Below, piece by piece: positions 24,692 to 33,260 of a stretch of 64,000 nt of DNA; the stretch's first letter is position 1, and each line of letters opens with the position of its first letter. The stretch lies in the sequence record PV231354.1. The stretch is one strand, 5' to 3'. The notes under the pieces are model-generated. The model did not search any database. It was given only the letters and a program-made list of their open reading frames with translations, and was not told where the DNA came from. A program made the translations under genes and the position numbers.

Positions 24692-26095
24692 CTTTACGCC
24701 GACCGAGGCTGCGACCTTGGCGAGGGTCTCGCGCTGGGCCTTGATGCGCTTGTCGAAGGCGTCGAGCGACGCCATCATGTCGCTCTCCAGCTTGTCCAGC
24801 GCCGCCCACTGCTCGACGACCGCCTTGGCGGCCTTGTCCTGGGCCTCGTTGCGTTCCGGGCCGTAGACCCGCTCGCGCAGTTCGGCGATCCAGGCGCGCG
24901 GCAGGCCCAGTTCCTTGGAGACCTTCTCGTCGGTCATGTCGCCGCCATAGCACTGGCGGTTGGTGTCGTAGTGAGTGTCCAGGGCTTCGAGGATGCGGCG
25001 GTTCTCGGCCGGCGTCGCCGCGCGCGGCGGCTCGGCGGACTGGGGCAGGGTCTTGGCGGCGGCTGGGGGCATGGCGATCTCCGGAATAGGGGTTTCGATA
25101 TGGGTTTCGATGGTGGTCGGATTGTTCTTCTTGGCCAACCGCGTCTTGGCGGCGGCCTTCTGGCGCTCGGAGCGTTCTTCCTGGGTCATGGCGGCCCAGT
25201 AGGCGCGCGGCCCGCGCCCCTTCTTTTCACGCTGCTCGGCGATCTTGGCTTCCTTCTTGGCCTTGCGCGTGGCGTGGCCCTTCTTGGAGAGTTCCGACCG
25301 CTGCTCGGGCGTCAGGGATTCGTGGTGGGCACGCAGATGCGCCCCATCGAAGAGCTTGCGCCGATCGACCTTGGCGTCGACGCCTTGTTCCTTGCTCACG
25401 GTGGCGTAGGCCTCCTCGAAAATGGGATTGAGGAACTTGTCGGACGCGTAGTGGACGATCTCCTCGGGCAGCACGTCATCCTGGGTGCTCAGTTCCTGGA
25501 TCACCCTGCGGATCGACGCCAGGAGAGGGGCCGTGGGCGCCTCAAGTCCGCACTCGCGGAAGAACTTGCCAGCGTAATTCGTGAGAACGGCCTTGATCCG
25601 CTGCTCGCGCGGGTAGCCGCCCGTCGTCTTGCGGATGGCGCCCCGGACGATCCTGTCGGCCGTGTCGGGGTCGATCTCCGCCACGGTGGCCAGCATCTTG
25701 CCCACGGCCTCGTCTTCGAGGACGAAGTCCCCCGCCTCGCGCGGGTCGATCATCTCGATCGGCTTGATCGCGTTGGACACGACCTGGATCGCCGTGTCGA
25801 TGGCGATGTCGTCGCGGTCGGCGACCGGGGCGGAGTCCTGCTTGGCGCGGCCGTGGCAGGACGGGCAGGTGTCCTTGTTGCGGTTGGCGCCGACGGCCCA
25901 GCCCCGCTTACGGAATATCTTCGAGGCCAGTTCCGCCGGGATGTGCGGGCTGCGCGTCGTCACCGGGACGGCGTCATCGCGGTCGCACTTGCGGCAGACG
26001 GCCACGACGTGGTTCTGGCGCTTGTTAGGGTCGGTGGCCAGGGGCCGCATCTCGACCCGGAACGACTCGCGCGTGGCAAGTTTGGTCGTGCTCAT
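24683..26095 (-). CDS. Zn-ribbon-containing hypothetical protein
   Basis: CRKC...CPSC, basic helical middle region, C-terminal coiled coil; start MSTTK. Confidence 0.72.
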   Translation of the reverse strand: MSTTKLATRESFRVEMRPLATDPNKRQNHVVAVCRKCDRDDAVPVTTRSPHIPAELASKIFRKRGWAVGANRNKDTCPSCHGRAKQDSAPVADRDDIAIDTAIQVVSNAIKPIEMIDPREAGDFVLEDEAVGKMLATVAEIDPDTADRIVRGAIRKTTGGYPREQRIKAVLTNYAGKFFRECGLEAPTAPLLASIRRVIQELSTQDDVLPEEIVHYASDKFLNPIFEEAYATVSKEQGVDAKVDRRKLFDGAHLRAHHESLTPEQRSELSKKGHATRKAKKEAKIAEQREKKGRGPRAYWAAMTQEERSERQKAAAKTRLAKKNNPTTIETHIETPIPEIAMPPAAAKTLPQSAEPPRAATPAENRRILEALDTHYDTNRQCYGGDMTDEKVSKELGLPRAWIAELRERVYGPERNEAQDKAAKAVVEQWAALDKLESDMMASLDAFDKRIKAQRETLAKVAASVGVKLA

Positions 26096-26424
26096 TTCTT
26101 GCCCCTCGGACGATTGTTCTCGAACCACGCGTGCCACTCGGCCTTGGTCATCCAGGGCTGGGTGCGGTGGGCGTTGTAGAGGGCAAGGCCCTCCTCGGTG
26201 ACGGTGTAGAACTTCGAGCCGCGCTCCATGTGTGGCATGCGCTGCTCGGACTTGGCGAGACCACGCTTTTCGAGCTTGGCCAGGGTCGCCGAATGGTGCG
26301 AGCCGTTCGAGCCGCCGACATCCATGGTGCGGTGTCGGCGGATCGGCTCATCGCGGAAGGACGGGATCAGGCACCCCAGGACCTCCCAGTCGCGGTCGGT
26401 CAGTGGGGACAGGCGTCGGGTCAT
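26092..26424 (-). CDS. Small winged-helix-like protein
   Basis: LTDRDWEVL...TLAKLEKRGLA...YTVTEEG. Confidence 0.6.
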   Translation of the reverse strand: MTRRLSPLTDRDWEVLGCLIPSFRDEPIRRHRTMDVGGSNGSHHSATLAKLEKRGLAKSEQRMPHMERGSKFYTVTEEGLALYNAHRTQPWMTKAEWHAWFENNRPRGKK

Positions 26425-26437
26425 CGCGGTCTCCAGA

Positions 26438-26495
26438 TTGTCGTCGTCTCGACATCTAGGAGGCTTTTCCGAGTCTGTCAACACAATCACGCCAG
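26438..26495 (-). promoter_or_regulatory. Early promoter with upstream element
   Basis: CTGGC-N6-GTG-TTGACA-N17-TAGATG, CGACGACAA. Confidence 0.82.
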
Positions 26496-26708
26496 CGATT
26501 GGGGATTGACCAGAGCGATGATTCCGATGGTCGTGCAGAAGACGCCGCCGCCCATCGCGGCGCTTTTCAGCCCGGCGCGCGCGAAGGTGAAAAAGGCCTG
26601 CTCCTCGCCCTGCGTGCGGGCGATGATCTGGGGCAGGATGTCGTCGGCCAGCCACATGCCTAGGGCGCTGGCCAGCAGGACGATGATCACAAGTCCCGTG
26701 AGGTTCAT
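26487..26708 (-). CDS. Small membrane protein
   Basis: Two hydrophobic helices. Confidence 0.68.
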   Translation of the reverse strand: MNLTGLVIIVLLASALGMWLADDILPQIIARTQGEEQAFFTFARAGLKSAAMGGGVFCTTIGIIALVNPQSLA

Positions 26709-27049
26709 CGGTCTTCTCCGTGTTCAGCCTCGGCGAGGCGCTGGATGTAGGCGCGCATGCCCGCGCTGGACGCATAGCGCCACGTCCAAGGGACCTGCTC
26801 GGGCCGGGCGCCGTTGAAGCGGCAGAGCCAGAGGAAGGCCTCCTCGGTGTGCGGGTAGTTCTCAGCGTCGGCCGAAAAGCCGGTCATGCGAAAGCATGCC
26901 GCGACCTGGGCCGGCGTCAGGTTCGGATCGCGCACGGCCTTGAGCTTGACCTTCACCTCCTCGGGAGGCGGTGGTGGTGGCGGCTCGACCTCGTAGCCGG
27001 CCTTGCGCAGGAGCTTGATCGCGGCGGCGATCTCAGGCGTCGGCTTCAT
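26705..27049 (-). CDS. hypothetical protein
   Basis: Start moved to MKPTPE (ATGA overlap). Confidence 0.65.
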   Translation of the reverse strand: MKPTPEIAAAIKLLRKAGYEVEPPPPPPPEEVKVKLKAVRDPNLTPAQVAACFRMTGFSADAENYPHTEEAFLWLCRFNGARPEQVPWTWRYASSAGMRAYIQRLAEAEHGEDR

Positions 27050-27291
27050 GGGCGCGGCTTCCATTCCCCGCACGAGACGTTCATGTGGACCTGGGGGAAT
27101 TCCGCCCAGCCGATGTGATCTGGCTCGCGGTCGCCGTGGAAGCTGCCGCCCGTCCGAGCACCATGGTAGCGCGACGGTTTGACCTTGATCGACGGCGGAT
27201 AGCGGCGGCATTGACCGTGGCGCTCGACCTCGCGGGTGTCCTTGAAGAACCGGCAGTTGGCGCAGCGCTCCTCGTCCTCGTCCTGGTTCAT
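27046..27291 (-). CDS. Small Cys-rich (metal-binding) protein
   Basis: CANCRFF...GQCRRYPP...CGEW. Confidence 0.7.
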   Translation of the reverse strand: MNQDEDEERCANCRFFKDTREVERHGQCRRYPPSIKVKPSRYHGARTGGSFHGDREPDHIGWAEFPQVHMNVSCGEWKPRP

Positions 27292-27815
27292 AGGATGTAG
27301 GCTCCGCCGTCGGCGCTCTCGCAGCGCTGATCGTGGAAGGCGTCCATGCCTACGCGGTAGACCTCGCAGATCGTGGGCCGCGTATGCGGCTCGTCCCAGG
27401 GCCGAATCAGGCCGTTCAGCGCCAGTTCGAAACCCTGGACCTGACCGTAGCGGGTGAAGACCGCGCCGAACGGCACGTGCAGCGGATGCACGAGGATCAT
27501 CTTGACCAGATCGAAGGTCTTGACGTCCTCGGGCATGTAGCCGTCCTGGCAGAGCACCGCCAGTTCGCAGGCCACGCGCGTGCGCCGGCCGTAGACGTTG
27601 TCGATCTCCTCGCCGGTCAGGAACCGGTCGTCGAAGATCGGGGTCGTCCGGTCGGTCTTCTCCAGGAAGGCCAGTTGCTTCTCCGCCCACTGCCCCGCGC
27701 TCATGTAGGGCTGGTGAAGGCAGGTGGCGACGATGCCGTACTTGACGCTCTTGTCGTAGAGCGTGTAGCGGCGGCCGGCGTGATCGCGCTCGATCCAGAT
27801 GGCGGGGCGCTTCAT
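27288..27815 (-). CDS. hypothetical protein
   Basis: Start moved to MKRPAI (ATGA overlap). Confidence 0.68.
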   Translation of the reverse strand: MKRPAIWIERDHAGRRYTLYDKSVKYGIVATCLHQPYMSAGQWAEKQLAFLEKTDRTTPIFDDRFLTGEEIDNVYGRRTRVACELAVLCQDGYMPEDVKTFDLVKMILVHPLHVPFGAVFTRYGQVQGFELALNGLIRPWDEPHTRPTICEVYRVGMDAFHDQRCESADGGAYIL

Positions 27816-28120
27816 CGGCGGACCACCGGCATGGTCTGGATCGAGAAATCGACGTGCTTGTGGTTGCAATGCCCCGCGCCCGGTTGGATCGCCTCCAGGG
27901 CGTCCTCGGTCCCGCGCTCCCAGGCGTCGCGCGCGGCGTAGACTTCCGAGGGCTTGGCCGAGGGGTCCACGCTGGGCATCTGGTAGCGGCGGGAGATCAC
28001 GCTGTTCAGCTTGGTGACGACGTCCTCGGCGTGCGCCAAGTCGGCGAACGCGGTGAGGTTGGTGACGCCGCCGGCGTCGTAGTCGCGGTCATCCATGACC
28101 AGAATGTAGACGGTGTCCAC
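27812..28120 (-). CDS. hypothetical protein
   Basis: First gene after a promoter; GGAGG RBS. Confidence 0.72.
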   Translation of the reverse strand: MDTVYILVMDDRDYDAGGVTNLTAFADLAHAEDVVTKLNSVISRRYQMPSVDPSAKPSEVYAARDAWERGTEDALEAIQPGAGHCNHKHVDFSIQTMPVVRR

Positions 28121-28133
28121 GTGGGCCTCCTTC

Positions 28134-28178
28134 GTTGTCGTCGGAGGCCTTCCTAGACTGGCGCGAGTGTGTTGTCAA
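28134..28178 (-). promoter_or_regulatory. Early promoter with inverted element in spacer
   Basis: TTGACA-ACACACTCGCGCCAGTC-TAGGAA, CGACGACAAC. Confidence 0.82.
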
Positions 28179-28398
28179 CAGCCCGAGGGCGACGGAACTT
28201 CTCCATCAGCGCGGTGCGCTCGGCCGGCGTCATCTTGCGCTCCCAGCAGGCGTACTCGTCCTCGAACCGCGTATGCTCGGCCCGGATGATCACGCCGTCG
28301 GGCGTGAGCCCCGACGAGTAGGGCGCCTTCATGCAGTGCCCCAGCGACTGCCCCACCCAGGGGTGCCAGAGCCGGCAGGTTCCGCACGACCGGGTCAC
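28153..28398 (-). CDS. Small Cys-rich protein
   Basis: CGTCRLW...GHC...C. Confidence 0.65.
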   Translation of the reverse strand: MTRSCGTCRLWHPWVGQSLGHCMKAPYSSGLTPDGVIIRAEHTRFEDEYACWERKMTPAERTALMEKFRRPRAVDNTLAPV

Positions 28399-28637
28399 GC
28401 CGCCGCGACCGCCGCCATGATCACCAGGATGACCAGCCCAACCGTCACCACCGCGACCGCTGGGCAGAGGATCAGCGACAGGAAGAAGGTCAGGGTCGGG
28501 TGGTCGAGGAAGAAGTAGTCGAGATAGGCCGGCGGATGCGGCTGGTCGTAGAGATAGCCGGCCGTGAAGCCGAGGATCACCACGCCGCAGGCATAGGCGG
28601 CGATGTACCAGAGGGCGTATTTGACCTTGTCAGGCAT
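28395..28637 (-). CDS. Small membrane protein
   Basis: Two hydrophobic helices. Confidence 0.68.
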   Translation of the reverse strand: MPDKVKYALWYIAAYACGVVILGFTAGYLYDQPHPPAYLDYFFLDHPTLTFFLSLILCPAVAVVTVGLVILVIMAAVAAA

Positions 28638-28822
28638 CAGAGGAACTTCTCACCGTTGTGGCAGGCGATGCCCACCCGCGCGACGATCGCCGCGAAGTAG
28701 ATCACCAGGAGGAAGGTCTGGGACTCGATGGCGAAGCCCAGAACCCGCATGACATGCAGGGCCGAGATCGGCACGACGAGGACGGAGACGATGATCATCA
28801 GCAGCGAGATCAGCATTTTCAT
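28637..28822 (-). CDS. Small membrane protein
   Basis: Start moved to MKMLISLL. Confidence 0.65.
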   Translation of the reverse strand: MKMLISLLMIIVSVLVVPISALHVMRVLGFAIESQTFLLVIYFAAIVARVGIACHNGEKFL

Positions 28823-29145
28823 CGATCGGACCTTTGACTTTCCAGGTAGTTGATGCGTCCGCGCAGCGACGAGATCGTGCTCTTCAGGTCCTCGATCTCC
28901 CTGGCGTGGCGCTTGTCGGCGTCTTCGGTCTCGCGCTTGTGGCGGTCGCGCGTCTGACGCAACTCGGTGTCCAGCGGATTGGGGATCACGTCGTGACCCA
29001 TCGCCTGACCGTAGTTCTCGGCCGAGGTCTCGATCCCCTGGGCGATGCCGACGCGCTGTTCCTCGGTGAGCCCGTCCCAGACGTCCCAAAGGCCCTCGCC
29101 GTCGAAGGCTAGGTCCAGGCTGTCGCGCCAGTAGCTATTCGACAT
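28819..29145 (-). CDS. hypothetical protein
   Basis: Coupled ORF, C-terminal coiled coil. Confidence 0.7.
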   Translation of the reverse strand: MSNSYWRDSLDLAFDGEGLWDVWDGLTEEQRVGIAQGIETSAENYGQAMGHDVIPNPLDTELRQTRDRHKRETEDADKRHAREIEDLKSTISSLRGRINYLESQRSDR

Positions 29146-29500
29146 CGACGTCCAGGTCCCGCTTGAGCGCCGTCGCGCAGTCGCTGCCGTGGAAGATCAG
29201 ATCGCCAGAGCGCACCAGCATGGCGACGGTGGCGTCGCTGATGCGCACGCCCCGGTGCCCGATCGGGAACCAGTCACCGTCGTGATCCTTGAGCAGGCCG
29301 TGGTCGCGCACCGCCCAGGACAGCGCCTGCGCCGCGCGCTGGGCGGCGGCCGTGGCGCTCTCGGCCATCTGGTGCAGGTCCTCGGGCGAGAAGCAATTCA
29401 GCAGCTTCTCGCGCATGCCCTCGCGATCCTCGGCCGGCGGCTTGATGAAGAACTCCAGCAGCAGGTCGACGTGGTGCTCAGGCGAGTTGGTCTTCGTCAT
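29135..29500 (-). CDS. hypothetical protein
   Basis: Coupled to the ACP stop. Confidence 0.68.
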   Translation of the reverse strand: MTKTNSPEHHVDLLLEFFIKPPAEDREGMREKLLNCFSPEDLHQMAESATAAAQRAAQALSWAVRDHGLLKDHDGDWFPIGHRGVRISDATVAMLVRSGDLIFHGSDCATALKRDLDVDVE

Positions 29501-29775
29501 CAGGCCCTCTGCTTGGTCACGGCGGCGTACACGACGTCGATCATCATACCCAGGGTCGTGTCCTGGTCGGGGAAGTCCTCGGGAAGTTCGATGAAGAACT
29601 CCTCCTCCAGCGACATCGCCAGATCGACAAAGTCGAGGCTGTCGAACCGCAGGTCCGGACCGAGACGCAGGTCCTTGTGGTAGTCGTCCAGAACGATGGG
29701 CGTCTCGCTCATCATGTGCGCGAATTCGTACACCGCGATCTGGACTTCACTCCACGTGACTTTTGTATCGGCCAA
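29500..29775 (-). CDS. acpP: Acyl carrier protein
   Basis: DLRFDSLDFVDLAMSLEEEFFIELPE phosphopantetheine-site motif; acidic, 91 aa. Confidence 0.87.
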   Translation of the reverse strand: MADTKVTWSEVQIAVYEFAHMMSETPIVLDDYHKDLRLGPDLRFDSLDFVDLAMSLEEEFFIELPEDFPDQDTTLGMMIDVVYAAVTKQRA

Positions 29776-29803
29776 GGACTTCCCCTTCTGCTGCTGCCCG
29801 GCG

Positions 29804-29846
29804 CTTCTAGCGAAGCTTCACCAGGACGTCAACACTCTAACGCCAG
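29804..29846 (-). promoter_or_regulatory. Early promoter for ACP gene
   Basis: CTGGC-N6-GTG-TTGACG-N17-TAGAAG. Confidence 0.78.
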
Positions 29847-30502
29847 ACCCAACTCAAGCTGAGCACGATGTCGTGGTCCTCGTAGGCGGCGCTGCGTCCG
29901 GTGATCAGCTTGATCCCCCGCAGCGGCCCCAGCCGCCAAAGCTGGACCTCCTTACGCTCATGGCGCCCCGGCACGTGCTCCAGCAGTTCGCGGCGCTTGA
30001 TCGCGATGTGCTTTTGCTCGCGGTGGACGACCAGGGCGATCTTGCACGTCGGGCTCTTGCCAAACCAGCGGCGCCAGTAGCCGGGCGTGTCGAGGTTGTC
30101 GAACAAGCGCGCCACGCGCTTGCTGACCGGGCGCAGCCCCGCGACCTGCCGGCGCACGTTGAGCGGCGGGAAGGTGCAGGGCGGCCAGACGTCGAGCAGG
30201 CTCTGGCGCAGGCGGCGAAACTCCCAGGCCAACATGGCGTTGTCCTTGGAGTTGTTGCACGCCACGCACGCCGCCGCGACATTGCTGTCGTGGTTCGAGC
30301 CGCCCTCGGCCTTGGCCTCCAGGTGTTCGATCGTGACCTCGTCCGGCTCCAGGTTGCCGGCCTTCTGACCGACGCGCCGGCGATATTTCATCTGCCCCGT
30401 GCAGTAGGTGCAGAGGCCGCCCGACTCCAGGAAGAGCCGTTGCCGGCGGTTTGGGGCCGCCGGCGGGAGGGGATCATAGACGATGACGTCAGAGGACGAC
30501 AT
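29837..30502 (-). CDS. HNH endonuclease (CxxC...EH...N...CxxCN type)
   Basis: CTYC, TIEHLEAKAEGGSNHDSNVAAACVACNNSK. Confidence 0.88.
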   Translation of the reverse strand: MSSSDVIVYDPLPPAAPNRRQRLFLESGGLCTYCTGQMKYRRRVGQKAGNLEPDEVTIEHLEAKAEGGSNHDSNVAAACVACNNSKDNAMLAWEFRRLRQSLLDVWPPCTFPPLNVRRQVAGLRPVSKRVARLFDNLDTPGYWRRWFGKSPTCKIALVVHREQKHIAIKRRELLEHVPGRHERKEVQLWRLGPLRGIKLITGRSAAYEDHDIVLSLSWVWR

Positions 30503-30929
30503 AGCCGTCCTCGCCGTTCTCGAACGCGAGATCAGCGAAGCGCAGGTTCTCCAGGGCGACGTTGAACGCCTCCTCCGACCCGCCGACCTTGGCCCAGATC
30601 GCCCGGCGAGCGATCACGGTGGTGAAGAGGTTGGGCGAGCGGCCCTGGCGGACCTCGTCGGCCGCCAGATCGACGAGAACGCGGTAGGCCGCGCCCGTCA
30701 CGGTTTGGCGGCTGCGCACGTCCACGAGACCCAGGCCCCGCAGGGTGTCCAGGTAGGCGCTCAGGTCCTTGACCGTGACGCCGGCCGTCAGGGCGAAGGT
30801 CGTCGGGTTGGTGTCGAGCACCTTCAGCGACTCGGCGCGGCGCAGGACCACCTCCTCGCGGGCCTCGATCGCCAGTTGCTCGTCCGACTTCTTCTCGGCT
30901 TGCTTGATCTTGCGCAGGGGGTTCAGCAT
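30489..30929 (-). CDS. Winged-helix-like hypothetical protein
   Basis: ALTAGVTVKDLSAYLDTLRGLGLVDV; start MLNPLR. Confidence 0.6.
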   Translation of the reverse strand: MLNPLRKIKQAEKKSDEQLAIEAREEVVLRRAESLKVLDTNPTTFALTAGVTVKDLSAYLDTLRGLGLVDVRSRQTVTGAAYRVLVDLAADEVRQGRSPNLFTTVIARRAIWAKVGGSEEAFNVALENLRFADLAFENGEDGYVVL

Positions 30930-30937
30930 GGGGTCTC

Positions 30938-31330
30938 CTAGTAGAGGACGCTCCAAGACGTCTGGGTCTTGGCGTAGGCGGATGGGGTGATGTAGCCGCG
31001 ATCCTTGAGATCGTCGATCAGGGCGAGGGTCGTCGGCAGGAACGCTTCTTCGCTCAGGGGCTCTTGGCCCGGCTCGCAGTGGTTGCGCGCCCACCAGTAG
31101 AGGCGGTGGTTGAGCCGCAGCGTCGTGCGCTCGAACGCCCGGCGCGGGTTGATCTCGTTGGCCAGGATGTGCATGAGCCAGCCCGCCAGGGTATAGCGCG
31201 AGGAATTGCCGACCGGGTCGCGATAGAAGCCCGCCTGCTTGAGCGCCTCGAACTCGGCCTGGAACTCCGGCAGGAACCGCACGAGGCGGCCGAACGGCTC
31301 ATGGAAGACGACGATCTGCCGATCATTCAT
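30938..31330 (-). CDS. hypothetical protein
   Basis: Coupled ORF. Confidence 0.68.
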   Translation of the reverse strand: MNDRQIVVFHEPFGRLVRFLPEFQAEFEALKQAGFYRDPVGNSSRYTLAGWLMHILANEINPRRAFERTTLRLNHRLYWWARNHCEPGQEPLSEEAFLPTTLALIDDLKDRGYITPSAYAKTQTSWSVLY

Positions 31331-31688
31331 CGGCCTGATACCCCAGGTGCGGGCGCAGGTTGGCGAGATCGTCCTCCTCCAGGCGGATGGACGTGAGCTT
31401 CGAGCACCGGGCGTTCTCGGCCATCTTGGTGTAGCGGCTGGCGAGGTTCCAGTAGGTCCTCGCGTGATCCCACCAACGATAGTTGTTATCGAGGACCTTC
31501 TCGGCTTCCTCGCGGGTCACCGGCCGGCGCTGGAAGAGCCACCACGGCGCGACGCTGGTGGTCTCGACCTTCATGATCTTGGCGATTGTCTCCTCGCGGA
31601 TGGCGTCGCCCTGGGCCTCGAAATCCTCGGCGCCCTTGGTGGCGGCCTCGATCAGGACGAGGCGGTCGACTTCGGCGCTCATGCTCAC
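31323..31688 (-). CDS. hypothetical protein
   Basis: Coupled ORF. Confidence 0.68.
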   Translation of the reverse strand: MSMSAEVDRLVLIEAATKGAEDFEAQGDAIREETIAKIMKVETTSVAPWWLFQRRPVTREEAEKVLDNNYRWWDHARTYWNLASRYTKMAENARCSKLTSIRLEEDDLANLRPHLGYQADE

Positions 31689-31954
31689 TTCAGCTTCTCC
31701 CCGACATAGACCTCCAGGAAACGCGTTTGCGTTTCGGGGTCCTGGAACATCCAGATGGCGTACTTGGTGCGCGGGAACGGCTGGCGGAAGAACTCCACCC
31801 CGCCCAGCGTCTGCTTGGCGATCGGGGGCGTCGGCGCCGCCAGCGGCGTCTTGACCACAAACGGGTAGCGTTCGAGGTGCTTAATCACCGCCATGGAGCA
31901 GTCGCGCTCGCGCGTCGTCTTCTCGGGCAGGTCGCGGGTCCAGGTCGTAGTCAA
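31685..31954 (-). CDS. hypothetical protein
   Basis: Coupled ORF. Confidence 0.62.
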   Translation of the reverse strand: MTTTWTRDLPEKTTRERDCSMAVIKHLERYPFVVKTPLAAPTPPIAKQTLGGVEFFRQPFPRTKYAIWMFQDPETQTRFLEVYVGEKLK

Positions 31955-32106
31955 AGGGCCTTCTCCGAGGCACGGGCGATGATCGCCACCAAGAGGATGG
32001 AAAAGAGGGCGGCCGTGATCATCGGCGGCTGGCGGTTGTAGCCGTCGACGAAGCCTTGGATCACGCCGACCAGCATGGCGGCGCCGTAAGCGGACCAGAA
32101 TTTCAA
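31951..32106 (-). CDS. 51-aa membrane peptide
   Basis: TTG start at LKFWSAY overlaps the upstream TGA; two hydrophobic segments. Confidence 0.6.
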   Translation of the reverse strand: MKFWSAYGAAMLVGVIQGFVDGYNRQPPMITAALFSILLVAIIARASEKAL

Positions 32107-32675
32107 GCCGTGATCTCCTCGAAGCGGCCGTCCATGAACTCGGCCTCGCGCCGGCCCCAGACCTGCCCGCCGCCGTCGATGTAGGTCAGCAGGGTCTCGT
32201 CGTCCTGGATCGGGGTCTCGCACTGGATGCGAATGGTCCCCACCACGGCATAATCGGAGCCCCGCTTCTTGTGGCGGAACCGGCGCATGCCGCGCGGCAG
32301 TTCGGCCAGGAAGGCTTTCAGGGCGTCGGCCATCTTGGCGACGCCGTGCGGGAAGTGCGAGCCCGGTCCTCGGACCCATTGATAGACCGTCGCCAGGGCA
32401 AAGCGCCCGGCGGCGATCTCGCCCGTGGGGTCCTTGCGCAGGACGTCCGGCGCGTGCTCTTGCAGGTAGTTGGTGCTGACGATCGCCTGCATCCGAGCCT
32501 CCTCGACATTGGTCGGGGGCTTCAGATACCCAGCCGGCGTCGAGGTCTCCAGACGCTTGATCGTCTCGTCGATCAGCTTGGCGCTGTCCTGGTGGAAGGA
32601 CTTCAGCCCGCCGCCGTAGATGGAAGCGCTGCTGCGGTGCCAGTCGCGTAGGAGGATGAGAGGGTCTTGATCCAT
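32103..32675 (-). CDS. hypothetical protein with DUF1653-like C-terminal domain
   Basis: FRHKKRGSDYAVV...YIDGGGQVWGRREAEFMDGRF. Confidence 0.7.
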   Translation of the reverse strand: MDQDPLILLRDWHRSSASIYGGGLKSFHQDSAKLIDETIKRLETSTPAGYLKPPTNVEEARMQAIVSTNYLQEHAPDVLRKDPTGEIAAGRFALATVYQWVRGPGSHFPHGVAKMADALKAFLAELPRGMRRFRHKKRGSDYAVVGTIRIQCETPIQDDETLLTYIDGGGQVWGRREAEFMDGRFEEITA

Positions 32676-32686
32676 CGGAGCCTTTC

Positions 32687-32734
32687 GTGTCGTCGGCCGT
32701 GACTTTAGAGGGTCACGGCCGAGCCTGTCAACAC
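32687..32734 (-). promoter_or_regulatory. Promoter with 10-bp inverted repeat around -10
   Basis: GTG-TTGACA-N18-TAAAGT; CGGCCGTGAC-N8-GTCACGGCCG. Confidence 0.72.
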
Positions 32735-32735
32735 A

Positions 32736-33260
32736 TCAAGTCAGGGCTTCGAGCCCGCGATGATAAAAGAGCCGGCGGCCGTTGAAGAACAGACGGACCC
32801 GGAACTTGTCGCCCAGCTTGCCGATGTCGAGCGAGAAGCCCAGCAGGCCCAGACTGACATAGGCGTGGTTCTCGCGTCGGCCGTGCAACATCGGCACGTC
32901 GTTCATGCCGCCGATCGCCAGCCGGATCAGCCAGCGCCAGCCCAGGTCGAAGCGCTTGAAGCCCTGCCAAGAGATCGAGCGCCAGATGAAGCCGCCGCCC
33001 AGGAAGGACGCCTCGGCGTCGAGGTTCCAGCCGCCGGCCAGGGGATCGCCCCGGCGACGGTATTGCAGCCGGCCCAGAGGCGACTTGAAGTCGAACTGCG
33101 GCAGGCGCGCCAGCAGGGCGAACCAGAGCCGGGCGCCGATGAAGAGGAACGGATGGATCAGGCAGGCGTAGAGCAGCACCACCAGGAAGACCCCGGCGTG
33201 ATAGGCGTTGATCCAGACGGCGCCGAGGAAGGCGCCCAGCTTGGGCGTGTCGTGGGTCAA
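32736..33260 (-). CDS. Membrane-associated hypothetical protein
   Basis: N-terminal hydrophobic segment; aromatic/Gly-rich. Confidence 0.65.
   Translation of the reverse strand: MTHDTPKLGAFLGAVWINAYHAGVFLVVLLYACLIHPFLFIGARLWFALLARLPQFDFKSPLGRLQYRRRGDPLAGGWNLDAEASFLGGGFIWRSISWQGFKRFDLGWRWLIRLAIGGMNDVPMLHGRRENHAYVSLGLLGFSLDIGKLGDKFRVRLFFNGRRLFYHRGLEALT

Noticed and set aside
28158-28178. Inverted elements (28.16, 51.51, 59.64 kb) as antisense promoters
   Set aside because: No -10-like hexamer 17-18 nt downstream on the opposite strand
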